This document shows positions 55,554 through 64,000 of a DNA stretch of 64,000 nucleotides, piece after piece. The position numbers and the translations under genes were made by a program. This stretch comes from Desulfobacterales bacterium (lineage in GTDB: Bacteria > Desulfobacterota > Desulfobacteria > Desulfobacterales > UBA2174), in the NCBI GenBank assembly GCA_963668645.2, contig CAXXWC010000006.1, forward strand, positions 96,001 to 160,000, in the 5' to 3' direction. The stretch's first letter is position 1. Each line of letters opens with the position of its first letter. Below the pieces are notes generated by a model. It made no database searches. It was not told where the DNA came from and saw nothing but the letters and a program-made list of their open reading frames with translations.

Positions 55554-56228
55554 ATGACCGATTCACCGGGTTCTGTTAACCGATCGTTGGGTATGTGTGC
55601 CGCCGTGGTGATCATTGCCGTGTTTGCCACCGGCTTTTCCTTCTCCGAACACGAGGCCCGGGAGAAGACGGCCGCAGCAACCGAAGCTTCTTCCCGGACC
55701 GACGAAATTGCACGGCTCAAGGCCACCCCCTGCGCCCGGAGGCTCAAAGACCGGCGCATCGCCACCATCATCGGTGAAGTTCACGATAACCAACGGGCCC
55801 GGACCATGGCCGGGGACGAGGGACCGCTCTTCGAAGAGATCAACCTGAGCATGCGCCGGCTGGGGATGCAAACCATCAGCCCAGAAACGATCCGAGCCCA
55901 AGTCGCCCAGGCCGAAATCCAGGCTTTTCTGAACAATGACCCGGATGCCGCCGTTCAAGCCGCCGGCCGCCTGCAGGCCGATTTTTTTCTCCGGGGTCTG
56001 ATCCAGGCCCGCACCCGGGTCAATCCGGTGGTCAAGATCAACGAAATCTTTATAACCATCACCTTGACCCTGGTGGACCGCAAAGGAAGGCCGATCAGCC
56101 ATGTCAGCGCCACCGGCGACAGCTTCGCCGGCCAGGACACCCTGGCCGCGGCCCTTGCCCTGGTGCAGGAGCAGGCCGACCTGCTGGTGGCCCGACTCTA
56201 TAGCGACTATTGCAATCAAGCGCGATAA
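55554..56228 (+). CDS. Exported protein, possible CsgG/TolB-N-like fold
   Basis: N-terminal hydrophobic segment; AAGRLQADFFLRG...ITLTLVD pattern. Start could be 55518. Confidence 0.55.
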   Translation: MTDSPGSVNRSLGMCAAVVIIAVFATGFSFSEHEAREKTAAATEASSRTDEIARLKATPCARRLKDRRIATIIGEVHDNQRARTMAGDEGPLFEEINLSMRRLGMQTISPETIRAQVAQAEIQAFLNNDPDAAVQAAGRLQADFFLRGLIQARTRVNPVVKINEIFITITLTLVDRKGRPISHVSATGDSFAGQDTLAAALALVQEQADLLVARLYSDYCNQAR

Positions 56229-56261
56229 CCGTTGCCCCGACCTCCCAAAATGGCGAAAACC

Positions 56262-57653
56262 ATGACACCCCATACACGCCATAAACCGATGCGGCCTGTA
56301 GCAGCGGCCCTTTTACTCCTTTTCTGGGCCTGGATGCCGGCCTACGCTTCAACCCCGGTCCCGGGCGAAACGCTGATCGTATCGGCAGAAGGCCTGGCCG
56401 ACCCCGCGGCCGAAATCTATCAATCGGACAAGGGGCTGCTGCTGGACGACCTGCGCCAGGACGCCCTGCGCCAGTGCGTCGAAAAGACCGTCGGCACCAT
56501 GGTGGACAGCAGTTCCCTGGTGGAAAACTTCACCCTGGTGCAGGACCGGGTCCTGACCCGCTCCAAGGGACTGATCAAACGCGTGATCAAACAAAGCGAT
56601 CCCTGGCTGGGCAAAGACGGGTTCATGCACCTGCTGATCAAGGCCGAAGTCTACCTCGGCCAGGTCAAGGAAGCGCTCTCCGATCTGTCGCGCAGCGAGC
56701 GCGTCGACCTGATCAAGGAGCATGGCAATCCCAAAATCGCCGTGATCGTTAGCACCCGCGACGCCCAGCGCGGCGCCGATGTCGCCGTCGAACGCTCGGC
56801 GGTGGCCGAAAACCTGCTAAAAGAGCACCTGAGCGGATTCGGGTACCGGGTCTGGGCCGTGGCCGACGCGGCCGACGCCCGGAACAAGGGGGCCGATTTT
56901 CTCATCTCCGGAGAAGCCAAGTTCAAAGCCCTCAGCGCCCGGCTGCCCACCTCGGGGATCACGGTGACCAAGCATGTGCTCACCTCCTGGACGGTCCAGT
57001 GCAAGGATGTGCAGACGGAAGAGGAGATCTACTTCAACAACAAGATCCCCAGAAACAAGAGCTGGGCCGACGAGGACGCCGCCCTGGAGGACATCGGCCG
57101 GATGATCGGCGAGGAATTTTCCAAGGACTTTTTCGATCTTCACCTCATGGCGCCCATGCGCATTTTCCAGATGCAGGTGGACGGCCTGGCGGACTACGAC
57201 ACCGGGGTCCTGCTCAAAAAGGAACTGATCGGCCTGCGCCCGGTTCTCAACGTGGAACTGCGCGATTACCGGGCCGACGGCAGTTCGCTTTTCGAAGTTG
57301 AATTTTCCGGCCAGCGGGGCAATTTCGCCCAGATTCTCAACGCCTCGGTCATCACCCCGCTCAACGCCAAACTGGGCCGCAACGCGTTTCGACTGGTTTC
57401 GGCCAGCGGTCGGGCGGTGCGCCTCACCTGTGATGCGGGCAAAAATCCGGCCCAACTGACCGAGGCCTTCAACGGCCTGCCCCCGGCCTCGCTGGCCGAC
57501 GCACCGCCCGAGCGGCTGCGGGAACTGATCAAGAGTGAAGCGGCCCAAACCCGGGTGCAGGCGATCAACCCGGCCGGCGTAGCCCGCATGCAGGCACCGC
57601 CAGCGGCGCCTGCCCCCAAAACCGGGGCCGTCAAGGCGGCCGGCGCTTTTTAG
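56262..57653 (+). CDS. Exported protein with FlgT-N/LPP20-like N-terminus
   Basis: Signal ...AWMPAYA; SAEG...DALRQCVEKTVGTMVDSSSLVEN. Start uncertain (56232-56289). Confidence 0.55.
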   Translation: MTPHTRHKPMRPVAAALLLLFWAWMPAYASTPVPGETLIVSAEGLADPAAEIYQSDKGLLLDDLRQDALRQCVEKTVGTMVDSSSLVENFTLVQDRVLTRSKGLIKRVIKQSDPWLGKDGFMHLLIKAEVYLGQVKEALSDLSRSERVDLIKEHGNPKIAVIVSTRDAQRGADVAVERSAVAENLLKEHLSGFGYRVWAVADAADARNKGADFLISGEAKFKALSARLPTSGITVTKHVLTSWTVQCKDVQTEEEIYFNNKIPRNKSWADEDAALEDIGRMIGEEFSKDFFDLHLMAPMRIFQMQVDGLADYDTGVLLKKELIGLRPVLNVELRDYRADGSSLFEVEFSGQRGNFAQILNASVITPLNAKLGRNAFRLVSASGRAVRLTCDAGKNPAQLTEAFNGLPPASLADAPPERLRELIKSEAAQTRVQAINPAGVARMQAPPAAPAPKTGAVKAAGAF

Positions 57654-57701
57654 ACGCCATCATTCAGTCTGAACCTAGCAAACCGGACCAAGGAGGAAAC
57701 G

Positions 57702-58460
57702 ATGAGGCTTCATGTTCAAACATGGTTGGGACTCCTGGTGGCCACCCTGCTGGTGGGCTGCGTGACGATGGACGCCTCCCAGAAAGCCAACCAACAGGCC
57801 GATAGCGCCATGTACAAACCGGTCCAATACGCCAATGCGGCCCGCAAAGGCCCCATTTTGATCGTTTTGCCCGGCGCCGTCAAAAGCAACAACGCCACCT
57901 TCGTGCAGCGCTACGGTGAAAACAACATCGCCGATTACGGCGAACTGGAGCTGGGCAAGGCCAACTTCCGCGTGCTGGAGCGCACCGACCTGGGACCGAT
58001 GCTCGATGAGATCAAACTGGCGGTCAATATGGGCGACCGGACCGCCCTGTCCAAGTTCAAGCGCGGCAAGTTCAAATCGACCAAGTGGTTCGTACGCTTC
58101 GACATTCTCAAGGCCGAACAGGTCGCCAAGGCCAGCCAGGGCTTCGATGGCCGGGCCATCGGATCGATTCTAGGATCGGTAATGAGCGGCACGAGCGGCA
58201 GCGTGACCCGCACGGCCGTCGGATCGACCCAGATGGGAGACACGGCCGGGGTCTGGATCGTCGGCATGCGCTACAAGGTCATGGATGCCTCCACCACCGA
58301 GCAGGTCACCACGGGCTATTTTGAAGACAAGATGGAGGTCGGGGCCAGCCATGGATCTTTCCTGGGCATCTCCCAGGGTGAGGCGCATCAAGTGACCCTC
58401 GACACCATGGTCCAGCGCCTCGTGCAACAATGTGTGGCCCAGATCGACGCCCAAAAATAG
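57702..58460 (+). CDS. Lipoprotein, CsgG/HfaB-like
   Basis: AGGAGG RBS; lipobox LLVGC; NFRVLERTDLGPMLDEI, VGMRYKVMDASTTE. Confidence 0.65.
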   Translation: MRLHVQTWLGLLVATLLVGCVTMDASQKANQQADSAMYKPVQYANAARKGPILIVLPGAVKSNNATFVQRYGENNIADYGELELGKANFRVLERTDLGPMLDEIKLAVNMGDRTALSKFKRGKFKSTKWFVRFDILKAEQVAKASQGFDGRAIGSILGSVMSGTSGSVTRTAVGSTQMGDTAGVWIVGMRYKVMDASTTEQVTTGYFEDKMEVGASHGSFLGISQGEAHQVTLDTMVQRLVQQCVAQIDAQK

Positions 58461-58572
58461 ACCCTGGGCCCGACACCCGGCTTGCAGTGCCAGGCACCAG
58501 CGGCTGCGAATCGTGAAGGTTGAATCGCCCCGCAGTATGGAACTGCGGGGCCTTGAGACTGTTTTTGGACCT

Positions 58573-59691
58573 TCAGCCGTCCAGGTGCTCGCGCACGATA
58601 TTGAAAATACGACGGATCGGTTCGGCCGCCCCCCACAGAAGCTGGTCCCCCACGGTAAAAAGAGTGAGATACTCGGGGCCGAAATTCATCTTGCGAATGC
58701 GCCCCACCGGCACGTTCAAGGTGCCGGTTACCGCCGCCGGCGCCAACTCGTGCAGCGTGGCGGGCTTGTCATTGGGCACCACCCGCACCCAGTCGTTGCC
58801 CCCGGCGATGATCGCTTCGATATCGGCCAGGGGCACATCACGGGTCAGGCGGATGGTCAAGGCCTGGCTGTGGCAGCGCATGGCACCGATGCGCACGCAG
58901 ATCCCGTCGATGGAAATCGGAGGGTCGCAGCCCAGGATCTTGTTGGTCTCGGCATACCCCTTCCACTCCTCGCGGGTCTGCCCGCTTTCCATGGGGCTGT
59001 CGATCCAGGCAATCAGGCTGCCGGCCAGGGGAGCGCCGAAGTTGGCCGTAGGATGATCCGGATCCTGCAGGGCCGCCAGGACCCGGCGGTCCAGATCCAG
59101 GATGGCCGAGGCCGGATCATCGAGCAGGGGCCGGGCCGCGTCGGCCACATGGCGCATCTGGGCCACAAGCTCTCGCATGTTCTTGGCTCCGGCGCCTGAA
59201 GCCGCCTGATAGGTCATGGACGAGATCCAGGAAACCAGCCCTTCGCGGAACAGGCCGTTGATTGCCATGAGCATCAGACTGACGGTGCAGTTGCCGCCGA
59301 TAAAATCCTTCCAGCCAGCGGCCAGGGCCCGATCGATGACCGCACGGTTGACCGGATCGAGAACGATGGTGCTCTGCGATGCCATGCGCAGGGCCGAGGC
59401 CGCGTCGATCCAGTATCCCTTCCACCCGGCAGCGCGCAGTCTGGGATAGACCGCCTTGGTATAGTCGCCCCCCTGGCACGTCACCACCACATCCAGGCCA
59501 GCCAAGGCTTCGACGTCGGTGGCATCCATGACCGGCGGGGCCGCCAAGCCGGTCTCCGGAGCGGCTTGGCCCACCTGAGTGGTGGAGAAGAAAAACGGTT
59601 CGAAGCCGCTAAAATCCTTTTCGGCCTGCATCCGGTCCATCAGCACCGAGCCGACCATCCCCCGCCAACCGACAAATCCGACGCGCAGCAT
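58573..59691 (-). CDS. asd: Aspartate-semialdehyde dehydrogenase
   Basis: VGWRGMVGSVL, GGNCTVSLM, TYQAASGAG, RCHSQ, VGDQLLWGAAEP. Confidence 0.97.
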   Translation of the reverse strand: MLRVGFVGWRGMVGSVLMDRMQAEKDFSGFEPFFFSTTQVGQAAPETGLAAPPVMDATDVEALAGLDVVVTCQGGDYTKAVYPRLRAAGWKGYWIDAASALRMASQSTIVLDPVNRAVIDRALAAGWKDFIGGNCTVSLMLMAINGLFREGLVSWISSMTYQAASGAGAKNMRELVAQMRHVADAARPLLDDPASAILDLDRRVLAALQDPDHPTANFGAPLAGSLIAWIDSPMESGQTREEWKGYAETNKILGCDPPISIDGICVRIGAMRCHSQALTIRLTRDVPLADIEAIIAGGNDWVRVVPNDKPATLHELAPAAVTGTLNVPVGRIRKMNFGPEYLTLFTVGDQLLWGAAEPIRRIFNIVREHLDG

Positions 59692-59842
59692 GATCCTTTC
59701 CTTTCCGCTTAAAAGCGCCAAAAAAGAATGTATATTACCAGTTTTTCAGGCAAACGCAACGGAAGCCCCAATTTTGCCGGCAATTCTCGGCAAAGTCGAA
59801 AATCTGCCGGTTTCATCAAAAGGAAAGAAGCGTTTGACTTTG

Positions 59843-60464
59843 GAATTCGGCAGCATGGCGGGATAAAGACGAGGCTTCGAGCGGGTAAAGGCAACCGGGG
59901 ATAACCCTGGCGTCCCCCCGAAAAACTCGACCCCAAGTGCCCGTAGGACCGGACCGGTCCCGTCACTGGAAAATCGAATCGAAATTGCCCGCGATCATGA
60001 GGATCCACCGCAGGCTAGGGCCACGTTCCGGATCGGCCGCCAGGATCTCCCCCGGGCTGCCTTTTGCGTATCCGTCATTCTGATGGGTTTTACACCGTTC
60101 CCCGGTCCTTTCTGCTATCGGCCGCTTTTTTACAGCAGATCGATTAAAACTCCAAGCCAGCCGGCGGCCTCACGGGCGGTCCCGGTACAGCGACAGGCGC
60201 ATGTTGTCTAAAGACCATAGGGCGTGTTGCCGCGACACGGCGATCTTGCCCCATCCTTCGATGAAGTTGAATCACTGCGATAAGCTGCGCCATCGTGTAA
60301 AAACGGCCGAGATAGTGTCGCGGCTTACGCGGCGGCCTTGGGTCTGAGTCTGCGCGCCCGAGCGCGGGGGGCGGCCGGGGGGCTGACGGCGGTCACCACA
60401 CCCCGTACCATCGAAAAGACCGAATCCGGCAAAATGGCGCAATAAAAGAGAGGCTTCGAGCGGG
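59843..60464. repeat. Two 43-bp imperfect direct repeats (59843-59885 and 60422-60464)
   Basis: 35/43 identity with an exact 15-mer GAGGCTTCGAGCGGG. Confidence 0.7.
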
Positions 60465-60519
60465 AACCGCTGCACATTTTGCTTGCTTTCGGCGCCAGTT
60501 TTGCTACTAACCCCACCTC

Positions 60520-60999
60520 ATGATGCGCCCTGCCTGCATAGCGGATATCCGTGCCATTCATGGCCTTCTTAAAACTTTCGCTGAACGCGGCGAACTGTTG
60601 CCCCGTCCACTGGCCCAACTCTACGACCACCTGCGCGATTTTACGGTCTTTCTCGATCCGGCCGGGCGCAAAGTCGTCGGATGCTGTGCACTCCAGTTCT
60701 GCTGGGACGATCTGGCGGAAATTCGCTCCCTGGCGGTAGCCCCTGAGGTTCATGGTCAGGGCATCGGCTCGCAACTGGTGCAAAACGCCCTGGAGGAGGC
60801 ACGCCGCTTCAAGATCGCAAACGTCTTCACCCTCACCTACCGGCCCGGCTTTTTCGAGCGTTTCGGATTTTCACGCATCGACCGTGCCGACCTGCCGATC
60901 AAGATCTGGGCCGACTGCATCACCTGCGTCAAGTTCCCCGACTGCGACGAAACCGCCATGCTTCTCTACCTGAGCCGCCAGCGTCCCCGGACCCGCTGA
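60520..60999 (+). CDS. GNAT N-acetyltransferase, short ArgA-like
   Basis: GELLPR, LAEIRSLAV, GQGIG, FTLTY, KIWADC..C.KFP.CDE. Confidence 0.88.
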   Translation: MMRPACIADIRAIHGLLKTFAERGELLPRPLAQLYDHLRDFTVFLDPAGRKVVGCCALQFCWDDLAEIRSLAVAPEVHGQGIGSQLVQNALEEARRFKIANVFTLTYRPGFFERFGFSRIDRADLPIKIWADCITCVKFPDCDETAMLLYLSRQRPRTR

Positions 61000-61215
61000 C
61001 AACGGCCTCAAAGTTTTTGCCCCTGGCTTCTGGGTCCGGCGCGCATCGAAAGACCGGGCAGAAGGTCGCCCGCCGGTGCAAAACGGTCCGATCTTTACAA
61101 ATTTGATTGTAAAAATCGATTCTTGCAAGTTGCAACAGAGGAAAGGTATAAAGACCGAACACCGTTTTTGAAAATCCAATCTTTACCCGTAGAACCGGCT
61201 GAAAAGAAACACCCA

Positions 61216-62658
61216 ATGGCACCAGACAACGAAGACAAAAAGAAGGCCCTTTCCGCTTCGACCAGCGAGCACTCCAAGCACAAATCGGTCCTTGAATACA
61301 TCTCTGCGGATCTGCTCGAAAGCCTGATCGACAATCCATACGAAAGTTTGATCCTGGTGGATGCCGACGGGATCGTGCGGTTCGTTAACAACAGCTACGA
61401 AAAAGCCTATTCACGAAAATTTAAGGACTTCATCGGCCGTTATGTGCTGGAGGTGGCCCCGGAAAGCAGGCTGCCGGAAGTGCTCGAAACCGGCAAGGTC
61501 ATCGTGGACCGCAGCCGTATTCTGGAGGACAAAAGCCAAATCGTCATCCGCCTGCCGCTCAGAAAACACGGCAAACTGACCGGCGCCCTGGGCAAGGTGA
61601 TTTTCGCCCCTGCAGAAACGCTTCAGGAGCTGGCCCGCAAAATCACCGCCCTGGAAAAAAATCTGGCCCTCTATAAAGAGGCGCTGAAAAGCACGTGCAC
61701 CAGTCGCTACACCTTCGAAGACATCATCGGTGAAACCGAAGGCATGCGCCGGGCCAAAGCCCTTGCACGCCAGAGTGCGGCAACGGATGCGGCCGTTCTC
61801 ATACTGGGCGAGTCGGGCTCCGGCAAGGAGCTGTTCGCCCACGCGATCCATTCGGCGAGTCCCCGGCGGGAAAAGGCCTTTGTGAGCGTTAATTGCACCG
61901 CCATTCCCAACGAACTGATCGAATCCGAACTTTTCGGCTACGATCCCGGAGCGTTTACCGGATCGTTGCGCAAGGGCAAAAAAGGCAAATTCGAGCTTGC
62001 CGATAAAGGGACCATTCACCTGGATGAAATCGGCGACATGCCGTACCTGATGCAATCCAAGCTGCTGCGGGTGCTGGAAGAAGGCGAGATCGAGAAAGTC
62101 GGCGGCACCGTTCCCCAGCAGGTCGATTTTCGTCTGATTTGCACCACCAACCGGCCCCTGGAAGAGATGGTGAAAAAGGGCACCTTCCGCCTCGACCTGT
62201 TCTACCGCATCAACGTGATCGCCATCGTGGTCCCGCCGCTGCGGGACAACCGCGATGATATCCCCTTGATCGTCCAACATTTTTTGCACCGGCTGAAGGG
62301 CGCCAAGGCGGTTGAGGTCGAATCGATCTCCGATCAGGCCCTCGGGGTTCTCATGCGCTACAACTGGCCGGGAAACGTCCGGGAGCTAAAAAACGTGGTC
62401 GAACGGGCCATCGCGCTGTGCCGGGGGTCCGTCATCGAAATCGACGATCTACCCTCCTCGCTGCTCCAGGGCGCCTTGTGCGGGTCGAGAATGGAACCGG
62501 TGCGGCCGCTGAAGCAAATCACCGGTGCCGCCGAGCACCAGGCGATCCTCCAGGCGCTGCGCGCAACGGACAACAATAAAAGCGCCGCCGCCAAACTGCT
62601 GGAAATCCACCGCACCGCCCTTTACCAAAAGATGGTCAAATACGGCATTCCCGTCTAA
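61216..62658 (+). CDS. PAS-domain sigma-54-dependent transcriptional activator
   Basis: GESGSGKE, ESELFGY, GAFTGS, LDEIGD, WPGNVREL, HTH. Confidence 0.93.
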   Translation: MAPDNEDKKKALSASTSEHSKHKSVLEYISADLLESLIDNPYESLILVDADGIVRFVNNSYEKAYSRKFKDFIGRYVLEVAPESRLPEVLETGKVIVDRSRILEDKSQIVIRLPLRKHGKLTGALGKVIFAPAETLQELARKITALEKNLALYKEALKSTCTSRYTFEDIIGETEGMRRAKALARQSAATDAAVLILGESGSGKELFAHAIHSASPRREKAFVSVNCTAIPNELIESELFGYDPGAFTGSLRKGKKGKFELADKGTIHLDEIGDMPYLMQSKLLRVLEEGEIEKVGGTVPQQVDFRLICTTNRPLEEMVKKGTFRLDLFYRINVIAIVVPPLRDNRDDIPLIVQHFLHRLKGAKAVEVESISDQALGVLMRYNWPGNVRELKNVVERAIALCRGSVIEIDDLPSSLLQGALCGSRMEPVRPLKQITGAAEHQAILQALRATDNNKSAAAKLLEIHRTALYQKMVKYGIPV

Positions 62659-62683
62659 GACCCGGCCCTTTTCAGCCGCTCCA

Positions 62684-62719
62684 TGTAGAAAATTTCCTAC
62701 ATGTCGATTTTTATCTACA
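62684..62719. promoter_or_regulatory. Two abutting TGT-N12-ACA enhancer (UAS) sites
   Basis: TGTAGAAAATTTCCTACA and TGTCGATTTTTATCTACA, about 135 bp upstream of a -24/-12 promoter. Confidence 0.65.
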
Positions 62720-62854
62720 GCCTCTTCGGCTCATCCTGCCTGTTTTCGCTGCCCTGACTTTTTCCCATCTGCCCCCCTTGAGTGCCACACAAACGCGCTT
62801 TGAAGACGAATCACGGCGCGGCAGCAACCATGCCGGCGCCTAACAAATTACAAT

Positions 62855-62870
62855 TGGCAGACATATTGCA
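62855..62870 (+). promoter_or_regulatory. Sigma-54 (-24/-12) promoter
   Basis: TGGCAG-ACATA-TTGCA; directly downstream of a sigma-54 activator gene. Confidence 0.8.
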
Positions 62871-63030
62871 GAAAAGTAGCTCCACCGAAAGGTCGATACC
62901 CGCCTGCGGGATTGAAACGCGAAAGCTTCAATCGATGTGCAAAAGAGACGCCGGGCGAAAAATGTGAAGTTGCATTCTGCACGCGCCGGTCTGCTGTATT
63001 CAAGCCAACACTCAAAGAAAGGGACTCATC

Positions 63031-63252
63031 ATGGCAGAAGAGATTACCGCCCCCCTGTCGGGTAAAGTCATCAAAATCAATGCCGAAGCAGGCACTTCAG
63101 TGGAAGAGGACGACGAAATCCTGACCATCGAGGCGATGAAGATGGAAACCCTGGTCTATGCCCCTTGTACCGGGACGATTACCGAAATCCGGGTCAAAAC
63201 CGGAACCGATGTTGAAGAGGACGACGTACTGGCGCTTATCGAAGCGAACTGA
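63031..63252 (+). CDS. Stand-alone biotin carboxyl carrier protein
   Basis: APLSGKV...IEAMKME; 73 aa. Confidence 0.9.
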   Translation: MAEEITAPLSGKVIKINAEAGTSVEEDDEILTIEAMKMETLVYAPCTGTITEIRVKTGTDVEEDDVLALIEAN

Positions 63253-63275
63253 AGGGCCGTCGATCCAATTTTCGC

Positions 63276-63317
63276 GGTTCATGCCGCCGCCTTGCCGTAT
63301 CCACGGCGGCATGAACC
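63276..63317. repeat. 14-bp perfect inverted repeat (intergenic hairpin)
   Basis: GGTTCATGCCGCCG...CGGCGGCATGAACC; no U-tract. Confidence 0.6.
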
Positions 63318-63369
63318 CGAACCCGCCCAAGGTTGGGCGGTGAATTTTCCAGCAAGCAAAGGAGCCATC

Positions 63370-64000
63370 ATGAACGAAGCGGTCATCGTCAGCGCGGTGC
63401 GCACCCCTTTGGGCAACTTCAACGGATCGCTGGCCGGCATCGGCGCCACCCGCCTCGGGGCCATGGCCATCGCCGAGGCCGTCCGGCGCGCCGGCATCGA
63501 CAAGGAGGCGGTCGACGAGGTCATCATGGGCCAGGTCCTGCCCTGCGGCTACGGCCAGAACCCGGCCAAGCAGGCTGCCGTGCAGGCCGGACTGCCCTGG
63601 AAGGCGGAATGCCTGACGATCAACAAGGTCTGCGGCTCGAGCCTCAAAGCAGTGATGCTCGCCGCCCAGGCGATCCAGACCGGCGACGCCGAAGTCGTGG
63701 TGGCCGGCGGCATGGAGAACATGAGCCTGGCCCCCTATTACCTGGAAAAGGCCCGCTTCGGCTACCGCATGGGGCCCGGCGCCATCCAGGACCACATGGT
63801 CCACGACGGGCTGTGGGACATCGTCAACGACTTTCACATGGGCATTTCCAACGAGCTGTGCTCGGAAAAGTACAACGTGACGCGTGAAGACCAGGACCGC
63901 TATGCGGCCGAAAGCTACCGGCGGGCCCTGGCGGCGCGCGACAGCGGCCGCTTCGACGAGGAGATCCTGCCGGTGGAGATCATCCAGCGTAAGGGCGAGC
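63370..64000 (+). CDS. Acetyl-CoA C-acetyltransferase (thiolase), runs off the window end
   Basis: AAGGAG RBS; MNEAVIVSAVRTPLG, GQNPAKQA, TINKVCGSSLKAV, GGMENMS. Not in the ORF track because no stop lies in the window. Confidence 0.93.
   Translation, partial: MNEAVIVSAVRTPLGNFNGSLAGIGATRLGAMAIAEAVRRAGIDKEAVDEVIMGQVLPCGYGQNPAKQAAVQAGLPWKAECLTINKVCGSSLKAVMLAAQAIQTGDAEVVVAGGMENMSLAPYYLEKARFGYRMGPGAIQDHMVHDGLWDIVNDFHMGISNELCSEKYNVTREDQDRYAAESYRRALAARDSGRFDEEILPVEIIQRKGE

Noticed and set aside
59692..59950. Lysine riboswitch upstream of asd
   Set aside because: Could not locate the conserved AGAGGNGC...GCCGAA...CTGTC elements.
60040..60096. c-di-GMP-I riboswitch-like string on the minus strand (TAAAACCCATCAGAATGACGGATACGCAAAAGGC)
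   Set aside because: Lacks the GNRA loop and exact GACGCAAAGC core, and no convincing third stem; needs an Infernal score.
1..64000. CRISPR array, tRNA, rRNA or integron attC array
   Set aside because: No regularly spaced repeats, cloverleaf or rRNA signatures seen by eye; short RNAs could have been missed.

Overview
GC-rich bacterial chromosome segment. Its gene content (HdrA/MvhD/Fdh, AOR, MetF-MetV fusion, many sigma-54 and PAS regulators) points to an anaerobic Desulfobacterota-like organism; this is inference. Five zones. (1) 46-9756: an AT-richer, probably imported 10-gene cluster with a secreted vWA/MIDAS protein, a MacB/FtsX-type ABC permease and ATPase, secreted Cys-rich and coiled-coil proteins, one MotA/TolQ/ExbB-like and two ExbD/TolR-like subunits, a helical-repeat protein and a membrane protein. 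This is the best candidate for an undescribed envelope machine. (2) 9878-14489: an IS pile-up: an intact IS256/Mutator-like element (terminal IRs, 8-bp target duplication, apparent -1 frameshift), an IS3-family element and an IS1634 remnant. (3) 17532-33099: a NarL-type two-component system with a perfect 7-2-7 palindrome, followed by a ~13-kb redox operon: Tat-exported Fe-S subunit plus AOR, NapG-like, two HdrA-like, MvhD, FdhB-like, Fdh alpha, HdrC-like, ferredoxin-NapH fusion, MoaA, ThiF-like, and no HdrB. (4) 33200-47000: TenA, TA remnants, and an APC permease/PLP enzyme/GMC/SDR/LarA catabolic-looking cluster. (5) 47000-64000: regulators, stress genes, a three-gene CsgG-fold-like operon, asd, and a sigma-54 biotin carrier/thiolase operon running off the end. 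No rRNA, tRNA or CRISPR array was recognised. All protein calls rest on motif recognition by eye, not database searches.
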